Assembly: GCA_051294375.1 (NCBI GenBank)
Contig: JBJCIZ010001596.1
Location: 1-8,321 of the forward strand
Source of the DNA: Paraspadella gotoi
Taxonomy: Eukaryota; Animalia; Chaetognatha
Direction of reading: 5' to 3'
DNA: 8,321 bases
The notes below the pieces were generated by a model. It made no database searches. It saw only the letters and a list, made by a program, of their open reading frames with translations, and was not told where the DNA came from. Position 1 is the stretch's first letter. The number at the start of each line of letters is the position of its first letter. Of this stretch, positions 1-7,267 are shown in pieces. Both the position numbers and the translations under genes were made by a program.

Positions 1-16
1 AAAAGAGAGAGGGATA

Positions 17-364
17 TGTTCAGAGATAAAACAAGAAGTGAATTAACATTGTTTTGTTAATGTATTCGCCAAATTAGAATGAACAAGACTGATTCATCTC
101 AGTCAAAACAATTCAAAAGTTAACAGTCATGAAACAAAAGGATTAAACTGATGAGACCTCTTCAGTTGATAAATGATGTTAAAGATAAACAAAAGGTTTC
201 GAGGATGAATTAAGTTCAGTTATCTGAGTTTTGAGAAGATCTGCTTTCAGCTGACTGGGTGGCCTTGAGCCTTAAGTAGAGGCATCCCAGACCTCGAATC
301 CAGGTTCGAATCCTGGGGCGGAGCGATTTATTCTTAATTGAATAAGTCCATTCGAGTAGCTACA
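17..364 (-). repeat. 3' LTR (348 bp, probably truncated at its R/U5 end)
   Basis: Near-identical to 6075-6426. Minus strand reads TGTAGCTAC...GAACA and directly follows the PPT. Confidence 0.95.
241..324 (+). promoter_or_regulatory. tRNA-like / Pol III type-2 promoter-like module in 3' LTR, antisense to the element
   Basis: Perfect T-arm CCAGG-TTCGAAT-CCTGG (300-316) with B-box GGTTCGAATCC (303-313); degenerate A-box CAGCTGACTGG (248-258); no proper cloverleaf. Confidence 0.5.
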
Positions 365-373
365 TCCCCCGCT
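365..373 (-). other. Polypurine tract (plus-strand primer)
   Basis: Minus strand AGCGGGGGA immediately before the TGT start of the 3' LTR. Confidence 0.85.
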
Positions 374-691
374 GATGAAATATCTATTAACAATAAATGA
401 ATAATATTTCGAAAAATAAACGTTGTCTACTGAATGCCTGATAGTATGATGATAATAATACTTTAATATTTACAATACAAAGGGTTAAATACTTTATAAA
501 ATAGACCGACTGACTTTCTCTCAAAAACCGTTTGTAGTAATACAAACAAAATCCAATATACCAAAAATTACAAAAATACCAAAATGAAAAATGCCTTTAA
601 ATACGGGTAAATGCTCATAATGCGTTCTGTCAGAGTCGATGCCGTGGATGCTGATGGAGAGAAGATGGAAAAGACCGACTCTGGCAGTTCG

Positions 692-3600
692 TTAGGGCAG
701 CGGTGTGATTTTGTCTTTTGTTTTGTTGTCATTGTTATTGTTTTCCGCTTGATGCCGCTGGAGCATTTCTTTTAAGACTACTGCATAAGTAGGTCGATTC
801 GATATTTCGTAAAGTTTGTTTGATAAATTTCCCGCCGTTGGCCTTGAAAACCTCCACGTTGGCTCAATCTCTTTGTTTTCGAGTTTGTTGTTGTCGTCGT
901 TTTTTGTTGACGGCGGAGTAGCGTTGCGTGGAGGCTCGGAAGAATAGGAAGTTGGCGACAAAAAGCGTTGAGGGGATACAGGTGGGTTGGGGAGAGGTTG
1001 GGGTTGATTGGGGTAGGTTGGGAAAGTCGGGGGTGAAGGAGGAGGAGGAGGAGGAGGAGGAGGAGACGCGGCGCGTAGGTTTTTCGATCGAGTTACTCTC
1101 GTCGTTGTCGTTGGCTGTCGCGTGCGGAATCCAGGTCGACGGCCTGGAACCCTCTCCTGGCGTGGTTCTTGCTCCTCGAACTCCTCGTCATCATCGCTAA
1201 CCCACGCCGGTTTGACGCGGGCGACGTTGACGGTCTCCCGTCCTGTACTCGGGATATCGATAGTTATATTAATTCCATTTCGATGAACAACTCGATAGGG
1301 ACCTTCGTAGGGGGAGGTGAGAGTAGGTTGTACGCCTGCCCGTCTCACAAATACGTACTTGGCCGTGTCCAGGCTTGTCGGGAGATGAATTGCCGGTTGG
1401 CGATGAGCGGAAGTGGGCGTGGGTTGGAGACGAGCAACTTCGACGCGAAGTTTTGAAAGTTGGTTTCTCCTCTGTTGATTCAGCGTGTTGTCGTTGATCT
1501 GGGCGTCTCCTAGCAGGCTGCCAGGTACGCCAATGCCTTCGCCAAAAACGAGATCAGCCGCTGACGCCCCTATGTCCTCTTTTATGGTCGTTCTAATGGA
1601 TAATAGAGTCAATGGTAATTTCCAATACCATTTGTCTTTTTCGTCGTTCGCTAGAGCTAATAACGATTCTTTCAATCGTCTGTGGAATCTTTCCACTAAG
1701 CCGTTGGCTTGTGGATGGTACGCTGTTGTGGTCTTGTTCTTGATGCCCCATTGTTTCGTAAGCTGTCTCCAGAGAGTCGACGTGAATTGACTCCCTCTGT
1801 CCGTGGTGATGACTGAAGGCGTTCCAAAGACGCTTATCCAATTGAGGCTTAACGCGTCGATAATCGTCGGCGTTAAAGTGTCTTTTAGCGGGATTGCCGT
1901 TGGCCATCTAGAAAATCTATCCACGATAGTTAGGAGATGAGAGAAACCGTTCGAGTTCGGCATCTTAACCAGATCGAGATTTAGATGTTGGAAACGGCGA
2001 GCTGGCACTTTGAATTCGCCAATTTCTGGAACCGTGTGATGAGTGATCTTTGCCTTTTGGCAAGCTAAACAGTCGCGCGCCCAACGAGAGATATCTTGGC
2101 GCATATTAGTCCACACGAATTTCGAGGTAATTGCCTTTCTAGTAGCTTCGATGCCTGGATGACCTAATCCATGGATTATATCAAATAATTTCCGTCGGTA
2201 TGATGTTGGCACGAATGGTCTAGCAGGGCCGTTGGAAATGTCCGCTAACAACTCTTGTTCGCCGACTCTAATTTTTCGAAAAGTGAGTCCTGTTCTCGCT
2301 TCGCTAGCGATCTTTTGAAAATCGGCGTCGAGTACTTGTTCCTTTGCCATTTGTTCAAAGTCTACTTCGAAACTAGTTAGAGACGCTATCACGGCGTTGA
2401 CGTCGTCGAGGCGGTCCTGTTTTATTGGCTTTTCGCTTTTCTCGTCGTTTCGCGGGTTTTCGTTTGACGCGATGGAGTCGATTGACGGCGTTTTCGCGGT
2501 AGCTGTCTTTTGGCTGACTCGTGTAGCAGGTAATGATTTTGTTATCGCGTTTTCGTCGCTTTCTCTCGCGGTAACTGCCTTTTGGCTGTTTTGATCGACT
2601 CTAAGCGTTTTTGGTGATGTTTTTTCGCTCGCGTTTTCGTCGGTAAGTGTCGTTTGGCCGGCTGAGCTAGCTGAGTTGGCGTTTTTTCGATTTTTCTCGC
2701 TCTCGGTCTTGTCTGATGCTTTTGTATCGCTATTTGACGAGTTTGGAGGCGATTTCTGCGCTTCTGTTGACGCGTTTGGGCGAGAGAGGGCATCGGCTAC
2801 TACGTTTGCCTTCCCTTTGAGATAGCGTATGTCCGTTGTAAATTCTGCTATCGCTGATAGTTGAAATGATTGTCGAGCAGTTTGTGGTTCGGATTTTTTT
2901 CGTATCGCCGACACTAAGCTTTGGTGATCTGTATAGATGGTGAAGGACCTGCCCTCCACCCAGTGGCGAAAGTGACGAACAGCTCGAAATGCTCCGAATA
3001 GTTCTCTATCGAAGGGCGGCCATAATTTTTGATTTTTAGCGAGCTTCGCCGAGAAGAACGCTAAGGGTTCCCACCCTTTTGGCCCTCTTTGCTCCAATAC
3101 TGCGCCGACGGCGTGATCCGACGCGTCGGTCGTTATGCACAACTGGGCGCCGGTGCGGGGATGGTGGAGGAGAGCGGCTGAGATGAGACCTTCTTTGATC
3201 GATTCGAAGGCGCGCTCGCACTCTTCCGTCCACTTCAACGCCTTAGGTTTTCCACTAAGTGCCTCATACAAAGGAGCGCATCGGTGAGCTACTTTTGGAA
3301 TAAATCTCCGGTAGTAGTTTATCATACCAAGGAACCTTTGCAGTTCCTTGATAGATGTTGGTCTCGTGGTTTCTTGCAGCGTCTGTACCCTTTCAGGAAG
3401 TGGTCTTACGCCGTTCTTGTCAACGAGAAACCCGAGGAACTCGAGCGACTCTTGGCCAAGTAAACATTTTTTCGTGTTTACGACTAATCCGTTTTCGTCC
3501 AACGCTCTGAAGACACGTTCCAGGTCTTGAAGATGTTCCTCTGGGGATGAAGATGCCACCAAGATATCGTCTAAATAGACGAAAGTATGGGGTACATCGC

Positions 3601-4681
3601 CCAGGATCTCATCCATCAGACGCTGGAAGTCTTGCCCAGCGTTTTTCAGCCCAAATGGGCAACGTGGAAAAACGTATAAGCCAAATGGTGTGATTACTGC
3701 TGTTTTTTTTACGTCAGCTGGGTTCACTGGGATTTGGTGGTATCCCTTTAAGAGATCGATCTTTGAAAAGATGGTTTTACCCTCCAGCTGGGAATTAAAA
3801 TCAGACAGTAATTTGACCGGATAACGGTCATCGATGGTCTGTGCATTGAGACGGCGGTAATCACCGCAACATCTCCAGCCTCCGTCAGGTTTTGAGACAA
3901 CATGTAGCGGCGAGGACCATTCTGATTTGCCTCGTTTTGCAATGCCTAAAGCGACCATCTTTTCTAGCTCTCGCTTAGCGACTGCTAGTTTTTCTGGATC
4001 GAGCCTTCGAGCTCGTGACTGACATGGTCGCCCCTCTGTTGGGATTGAGTGGGTGACTCCATGTTTAGGCTCTTTCCTTTCGAATGTTGGCGTCGATAAC
4101 GAGGGGAAGGAGGCGAGTAGTTTATAATATTGTTCTCCTTTCCTATCAACGAAGTTGACGTGTGCAGAAGTTTCATTTGAAATCGACGCTGCTATCGTTG
4201 ACAAGTCTTTGAGATCAATTAGGAGGCCGTCTCTATGATTCGGTGCTAGGAAGTGTTCTGCCAAAAAATCGGCGCCGAGAATATTTTGTTTGACGTCGGC
4301 GACGACAAAGCTGTATTCGAATTTTCGATTACCTAATTGTACTGTTTTTTCGATTGTTCCATAGCAATTAATCGCCGAGCCGTTAGCTGCCTGGAGTTTA
4401 ATGAGTGGATCAGGCCCTTTTGCTTTTTGTTGCGGCGTCGGTGGAATTATTGACAATAACGCGCCTCCGTCTACTAACCATCGCGTCCTGTCCCCGGCGT
4501 CCCTTATAAAGATGAGATTATTCGACGCCGGTGAACGGGTTGACTCCTGGGGGACGGCGGCGTTCACCTGCGTCGTCCCCCCTTGAAGTTTCCCTCCTTC
4601 TTTCGTTGAAGCTCCTCGAAACGGGCACATCCTGGGTCGCATGCCCAGGCATCGTCGCCAAACTTGATGTGCTTGGCGCAT
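692..4681 (-). CDS. pol: Pol polyprotein (aspartic protease, reverse transcriptase, RNase H, integrase); most likely translated as Gag-Pol from the frameshift at ~4588 rather than from ATG 4681
   Basis: PR: WLVDGGA...ILGADFL. RT: WSSPL, DYRRLN, FSKIDLLKGYHQIP, PFGLKNA, YLDD, FLG. RNase H: TDASD, DRELF, TDHQSL, NVVADALSR. IN: HGLGHPG...CLAC zinc finger, DLV/TDRG/VERFHR DDE triad, PYEGPY (GPY/F). Confidence 0.97.
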   Translation of the reverse strand: MRQAHQVWRRCLGMRPRMCPFRGASTKEGGKLQGGTTQVNAAVPQESTRSPASNNLIFIRDAGDRTRWLVDGGALLSIIPPTPQQKAKGPDPLIKLQAANGSAINCYGTIEKTVQLGNRKFEYSFVVADVKQNILGADFLAEHFLAPNHRDGLLIDLKDLSTIAASISNETSAHVNFVDRKGEQYYKLLASFPSLSTPTFERKEPKHGVTHSIPTEGRPCQSRARRLDPEKLAVAKRELEKMVALGIAKRGKSEWSSPLHVVSKPDGGWRCCGDYRRLNAQTIDDRYPVKLLSDFNSQLEGKTIFSKIDLLKGYHQIPVNPADVKKTAVITPFGLYVFPRCPFGLKNAGQDFQRLMDEILGDVPHTFVYLDDILVASSSPEEHLQDLERVFRALDENGLVVNTKKCLLGQESLEFLGFLVDKNGVRPLPERVQTLQETTRPTSIKELQRFLGMINYYRRFIPKVAHRCAPLYEALSGKPKALKWTEECERAFESIKEGLISAALLHHPRTGAQLCITTDASDHAVGAVLEQRGPKGWEPLAFFSAKLAKNQKLWPPFDRELFGAFRAVRHFRHWVEGRSFTIYTDHQSLVSAIRKKSEPQTARQSFQLSAIAEFTTDIRYLKGKANVVADALSRPNASTEAQKSPPNSSNSDTKASDKTESEKNRKNANSASSAGQTTLTDENASEKTSPKTLRVDQNSQKAVTARESDENAITKSLPATRVSQKTATAKTPSIDSIASNENPRNDEKSEKPIKQDRLDDVNAVIASLTSFEVDFEQMAKEQVLDADFQKIASEARTGLTFRKIRVGEQELLADISNGPARPFVPTSYRRKLFDIIHGLGHPGIEATRKAITSKFVWTNMRQDISRWARDCLACQKAKITHHTVPEIGEFKVPARRFQHLNLDLVKMPNSNGFSHLLTIVDRFSRWPTAIPLKDTLTPTIIDALSLNWISVFGTPSVITTDRGSQFTSTLWRQLTKQWGIKNKTTTAYHPQANGLVERFHRRLKESLLALANDEKDKWYWKLPLTLLSIRTTIKEDIGASAADLVFGEGIGVPGSLLGDAQINDNTLNQQRRNQLSKLRVEVARLQPTPTSAHRQPAIHLPTSLDTAKYVFVRRAGVQPTLTSPYEGPYRVVHRNGINITIDIPSTGRETVNVARVKPAWVSDDDEEFEEQEPRQERVPGRRPGFRTRQPTTTTRVTRSKNLRAASPPPPPPPPPSPPTFPTYPNQPQPLPNPPVSPQRFLSPTSYSSEPPRNATPPSTKNDDNNKLENKEIEPTWRFSRPTAGNLSNKLYEISNRPTYAVVLKEMLQRHQAENNNNDNKTKDKITPLP
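1037..1063 (-). repeat. (CCT)9 in-frame microsatellite encoding poly-Pro in the integrase tail
   Basis: (AGG)9 on the + strand, in frame with pol. Confidence 0.9.
4530..4594 (-). promoter_or_regulatory. -1 programmed ribosomal frameshift signal (slippery heptamer plus H-type pseudoknot)
   Basis: G GGA AAC (4594-4588) is in the gag frame, and a -1 slip enters the pol frame (LQGGTTQVN). A 6-nt spacer follows, then stem 1 4581-4571/4559-4549 and stem 2 4568-4561/4537-4530. Confidence 0.9.
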
Positions 4682-5634
4682 AAGGTCGTTAGTTTGGGCC
4701 GAGTTTTTCCCTTTTGCGCTGGAGCTGGTCGACGTTTGGCGCCGGCGTGCTTTTTTCGACGAGTATCGATCGCGTTGATGGCCTCTGTGTCGTCAGATTC
4801 GCTGTCGAACTGCTCGTGATGACCTCTGTCGATGTGATTGACGAGGGAGGTCGTTTGACGGATTTTTAAGTTTCCATCGCTATCGAAGTGCTTATCTGCT
4901 AATTGGCAGAGTTCATGGGCCGTCAAATCGTCTGCTTTTTCTTCGAGTTGGCGCCTCACCTCGACGGGCATCTCTCGAAGAATTTTTTCTTTTCTGAGGT
5001 CGTCGATGCTCACTGTCTTTGTTTTTTCTTCTAGCTGTGCTAGCATCTTAGACGGTTTAGCTGCGTCGACGTTCAGAGCGTCGAGGATGTTGGCTGCTTG
5101 TTGACGATGGGTAAGGCCATATTCCTTTCTGAGGTAAGTAACGAATTGCCTCCACGCCTCCTCAGTTGCCTCACCGAACAGAAACTTGTTGATGGTAGGA
5201 TCGACGTTGATCCCGATTTTTGATTCGAGGTGAGCAAACTTATTTTTGGGAGTAGTAATGCCTGCTCGAGTGTACGCGGCTTCTACGCGTTTAATCCATA
5301 CTTCTATGTTGCTCACGTCGAATTCGGGGAGGTCAGGCTTCCTGCTTGACGCTCGTTCGAGGGCGCGTGTGGCGGCGGCGAGGGCGTTGCGCAGCTCATC
5401 GTTCTCGTCTTGTAGATCGCGTGGAGCGGCGCCGCCTGTCGCCATGTCGTTGTCCTGTGACTTGGGCGTGTCTGCCGCCTGAAAATTGAATGATGGGGCG
5501 GCGTCAGAGTAGATTGGGGACGTCGAACAAGATCGATGGCCTCTGCCAAAACCGAAGGGTAATTGGAGTCTGGCGGCGTCGTTGACGTCCCGTTGCGCTG
5601 AGCGGAGTCGTGATCGTAAGTCCTGCCCGCTCAT
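4564..5634 (-). CDS. gag: Gag (356 aa)
   Basis: Lies upstream of and overlaps pol. LPEFDVSNIEVWIKRVEAAY capsid-N-terminal-like motif, basic patch, and C-terminal CAKHIKFGDDAWACDPGC (CX2HX9CX3C) knuckle typical of CsRn1-type Gypsy. Confidence 0.92.
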   Translation of the reverse strand: MSGQDLRSRLRSAQRDVNDAARLQLPFGFGRGHRSCSTSPIYSDAAPSFNFQAADTPKSQDNDMATGGAAPRDLQDENDELRNALAAATRALERASSRKPDLPEFDVSNIEVWIKRVEAAYTRAGITTPKNKFAHLESKIGINVDPTINKFLFGEATEEAWRQFVTYLRKEYGLTHRQQAANILDALNVDAAKPSKMLAQLEEKTKTVSIDDLRKEKILREMPVEVRRQLEEKADDLTAHELCQLADKHFDSDGNLKIRQTTSLVNHIDRGHHEQFDSESDDTEAINAIDTRRKKHAGAKRRPAPAQKGKTRPKLTTLCAKHIKFGDDAWACDPGCARFEELQRKKEGNFKGGRRR

Positions 5635-5798
5635 TGACGTTATCCTTGGCTCCGTTGAGTTGTTGGGGAATATGGGGAGTAGAGAGGGAAAAGCATGAGC
5701 GAAATCGGGCGATTAAGCTTAATTCCCAATTACTTCACCCGATCTTACCTGAGAAAAGGTAGATGTCCGTTGGAATCCCCTTGGAAGGTTGGTTTGAT

Positions 5799-5816
5799 TC
5801 GTCGTTGGTCTCACCA
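5799..5816 (-). other. Putative primer-binding site (tRNA-Trp-like)
   Basis: Minus strand ...CACA|TGGTGAGACCAACG matches 11/14 of the common tRNA-Trp PBS TGGTGACCCCGACG and is preceded by CA like an LTR end. The + strand reads like a tRNA 3' end (GGTTTGATTC...CACCA). Confidence 0.65.
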
Positions 5817-6074
5817 TGTGTGGCAAGCTACAGGAGTTGCGCCACAGCGTGACGATGGAGCTGATGACATCGTCAGTGTCACGTGACTAAGACGTTGACG
5901 TTAGAGATGGATACCCATGAACAGAAACGTTGCAGGGAAAAACGGCACGAGATTCGAATGTTTGTTTGTTTTTAATCAGAAGAAATCATTTAGTTTTATT
6001 AAGATTGGTTAAAAACATAGTTTTGATTCGATTTATTTATTGTTCATCTTTCTCAATCTATAACTTACATTAGA
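5817..6074 (-). promoter_or_regulatory. Probable R/U5 portion of the 5' LTR with poly(A) signals (absent from the 3' copy)
   Basis: Sense-strand AATAAA at 6041-6036, 6037-6032 and 6000-5995, ATTAAA at 5976-5971, downstream GT/T-rich tract (~5943-5920); ends in ACA directly at the PBS. Confidence 0.55.
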
Positions 6075-6426
6075 TGTTCAGAGATAAAACAAGAAGTGAA
6101 TTAACATTGTTTTGTTAATGTATTCGCCAAATTAGAATGAACAAGACTGATTCATCTCAGTCAAAACAATTCAAAAGTTAACAGTCATGAAACAAAAGAG
6201 ATTAAACTGATGAGACCTCTTCAGTTGATAAAAATGATGTTAAAGATAAACAAAAGGTTTCGAGGAATGAATTAAGTTCAGTTATCTGAGTTTTGAGAAG
6301 ATCTGCTTTCAGCTGACTGGGTGGCCTTGAGCCTTAAGTAGAGGCATCCCAGACCTCGAATCCAGGTTCGAATCCTGGGGCGGAGCGATTTATTCTTAAT
6401 TGAATAAGTCCATTCGAGTAGCTACA
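6075..6426 (-). repeat. 5' LTR (352-bp part shared with the 3' LTR; the full LTR may extend to 5817)
   Basis: Matches 17-364 with no substitutions seen and three A insertions (4 nt in total). Confidence 0.95.
6303..6386 (+). promoter_or_regulatory. tRNA-like / Pol III A/B-box module in 5' LTR
   Basis: Identical to 241-324; T-arm at 6362-6378. Confidence 0.5.
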
Positions 6427-7063
6427 GATTTTACCGAAAAAAGTATGTGATGAGCTAGATATTAAAGTTTTTCTCACTCTCTCTCTCATATCGTCAGGCC
6501 TCTACTTAAAAACGTGAGTTCATCTTAAGCAATCTACAAACTGAGATTATTAATTACAAAAATGAAATAAAAAAAATGTTATTTTACGATGTTAGAACTC
6601 GTTTATGTTGTATGAATAGTTTTTATTGTTATTTTGGGGGGGACTCCATAATTCCACTAATGTAGGCTTCATGTCAGTCACTGCCCATTATTTGTTTGGT
6701 AATTTATTTAATTTCTTTTTAAACATCAAATTATGAATATTTTTTAAAAAAATTATGTCTTCTCTCTATCAGTCTATCAGTATGTCCATTCCACAAAAAA
6801 GAAAGGAAAAAAAATAATTAAAAAAGAAAGAAAAAAAGAAGACTAATGACTTGATTACGCTTTTACCACTAAATTTTTTGTGGCTACTATCCTACATTGT
6901 TTGCTCTTTTAAAACTTTGTTTCTATATCTTTTTTAACTGGAATAAAATAATTGGTCGTTAAAAAATTACAAATATTATATTTTTAGATTAAAATATGGA
7001 ATAAATGATGTTAACAATAATTTGAAAAATAATGTATTTTAATTCAGTTACATAAACAAGTCT

Positions 7064-7183
7064 GAAAAAGAGAGGAAAAAAAAGATGTGAGAAAGAAAAA
7101 GAAAGAGAAGACGAGAATGAGAAAAAGGAGAGAGGGAGGAAAAGAGGAGAGAAAAAAAAAAAAGGGAAGAGAAAGGAGAGAGT
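7064..7183. repeat. GA-rich low-complexity polypurine tract
   Basis: ~120 nt almost entirely A/G on the + strand. Confidence 0.8.
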
Positions 7184-7267
7184 AACAGACAGGGATGAAA
7201 TTATTCTCAGATATAATAACATGTCGAAAGTATATTTTCTCATCTAACTTTGGCTCTCTCTTTAACT

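Larger units (their letters stand above)
17..6426 (-). mobile_element. Ty3/Gypsy LTR retrotransposon, CsRn1-like, ORFs intact
   Basis: Direct terminal repeats with TG...CA ends, PPT next to the 3' repeat, PBS-like motif, gag plus pol with PR-RT-RH-IN order (Gypsy), CHCC-type Gag knuckle. Flanks GATA (13-16) and GATT (6427-6430) are only a 3/4 match as a TSD. Confidence 0.97.

Noticed and set aside
148-205. CTGATGA followed by a possible stem II (hammerhead ribozyme in the LTR)
   Set aside because: The stem is followed by GAGG rather than GAAA, stems I and III were not found, and it is on the antisense strand.
241-324. Bona fide tRNA gene
   Set aside because: The acceptor stem pairs poorly and there is no canonical anticodon arm; kept only as tRNA-like.
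372-414. CTGATGA...TTTCGAAA hammerhead-like core in the 3' UTR
   Set aside because: The stem II register is wrong (A-C closing pair), and there is no stem I or cleavage triplet.
365-691. env or extra ORF between pol and the 3' LTR
   Set aside because: Only 327 bp, AT-rich, with no substantial ORF.
5674-5693. PPT-like purine run
   Set aside because: Wrong strand and not adjacent to an LTR; it is a pyrimidine tract in the sense leader.
928-5886. Short antisense and alternate-frame ORFs overlapping gag/pol and the leader
   Set aside because: 60-104 aa shadows of the main frames with no recognisable motifs; the poly-Glu run just mirrors (CCT)9.
6498-6509. 12-nt inverted match between the flank and the LTR (6334-6345)
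   Set aside because: A match this short is expected by chance in a window of this size.
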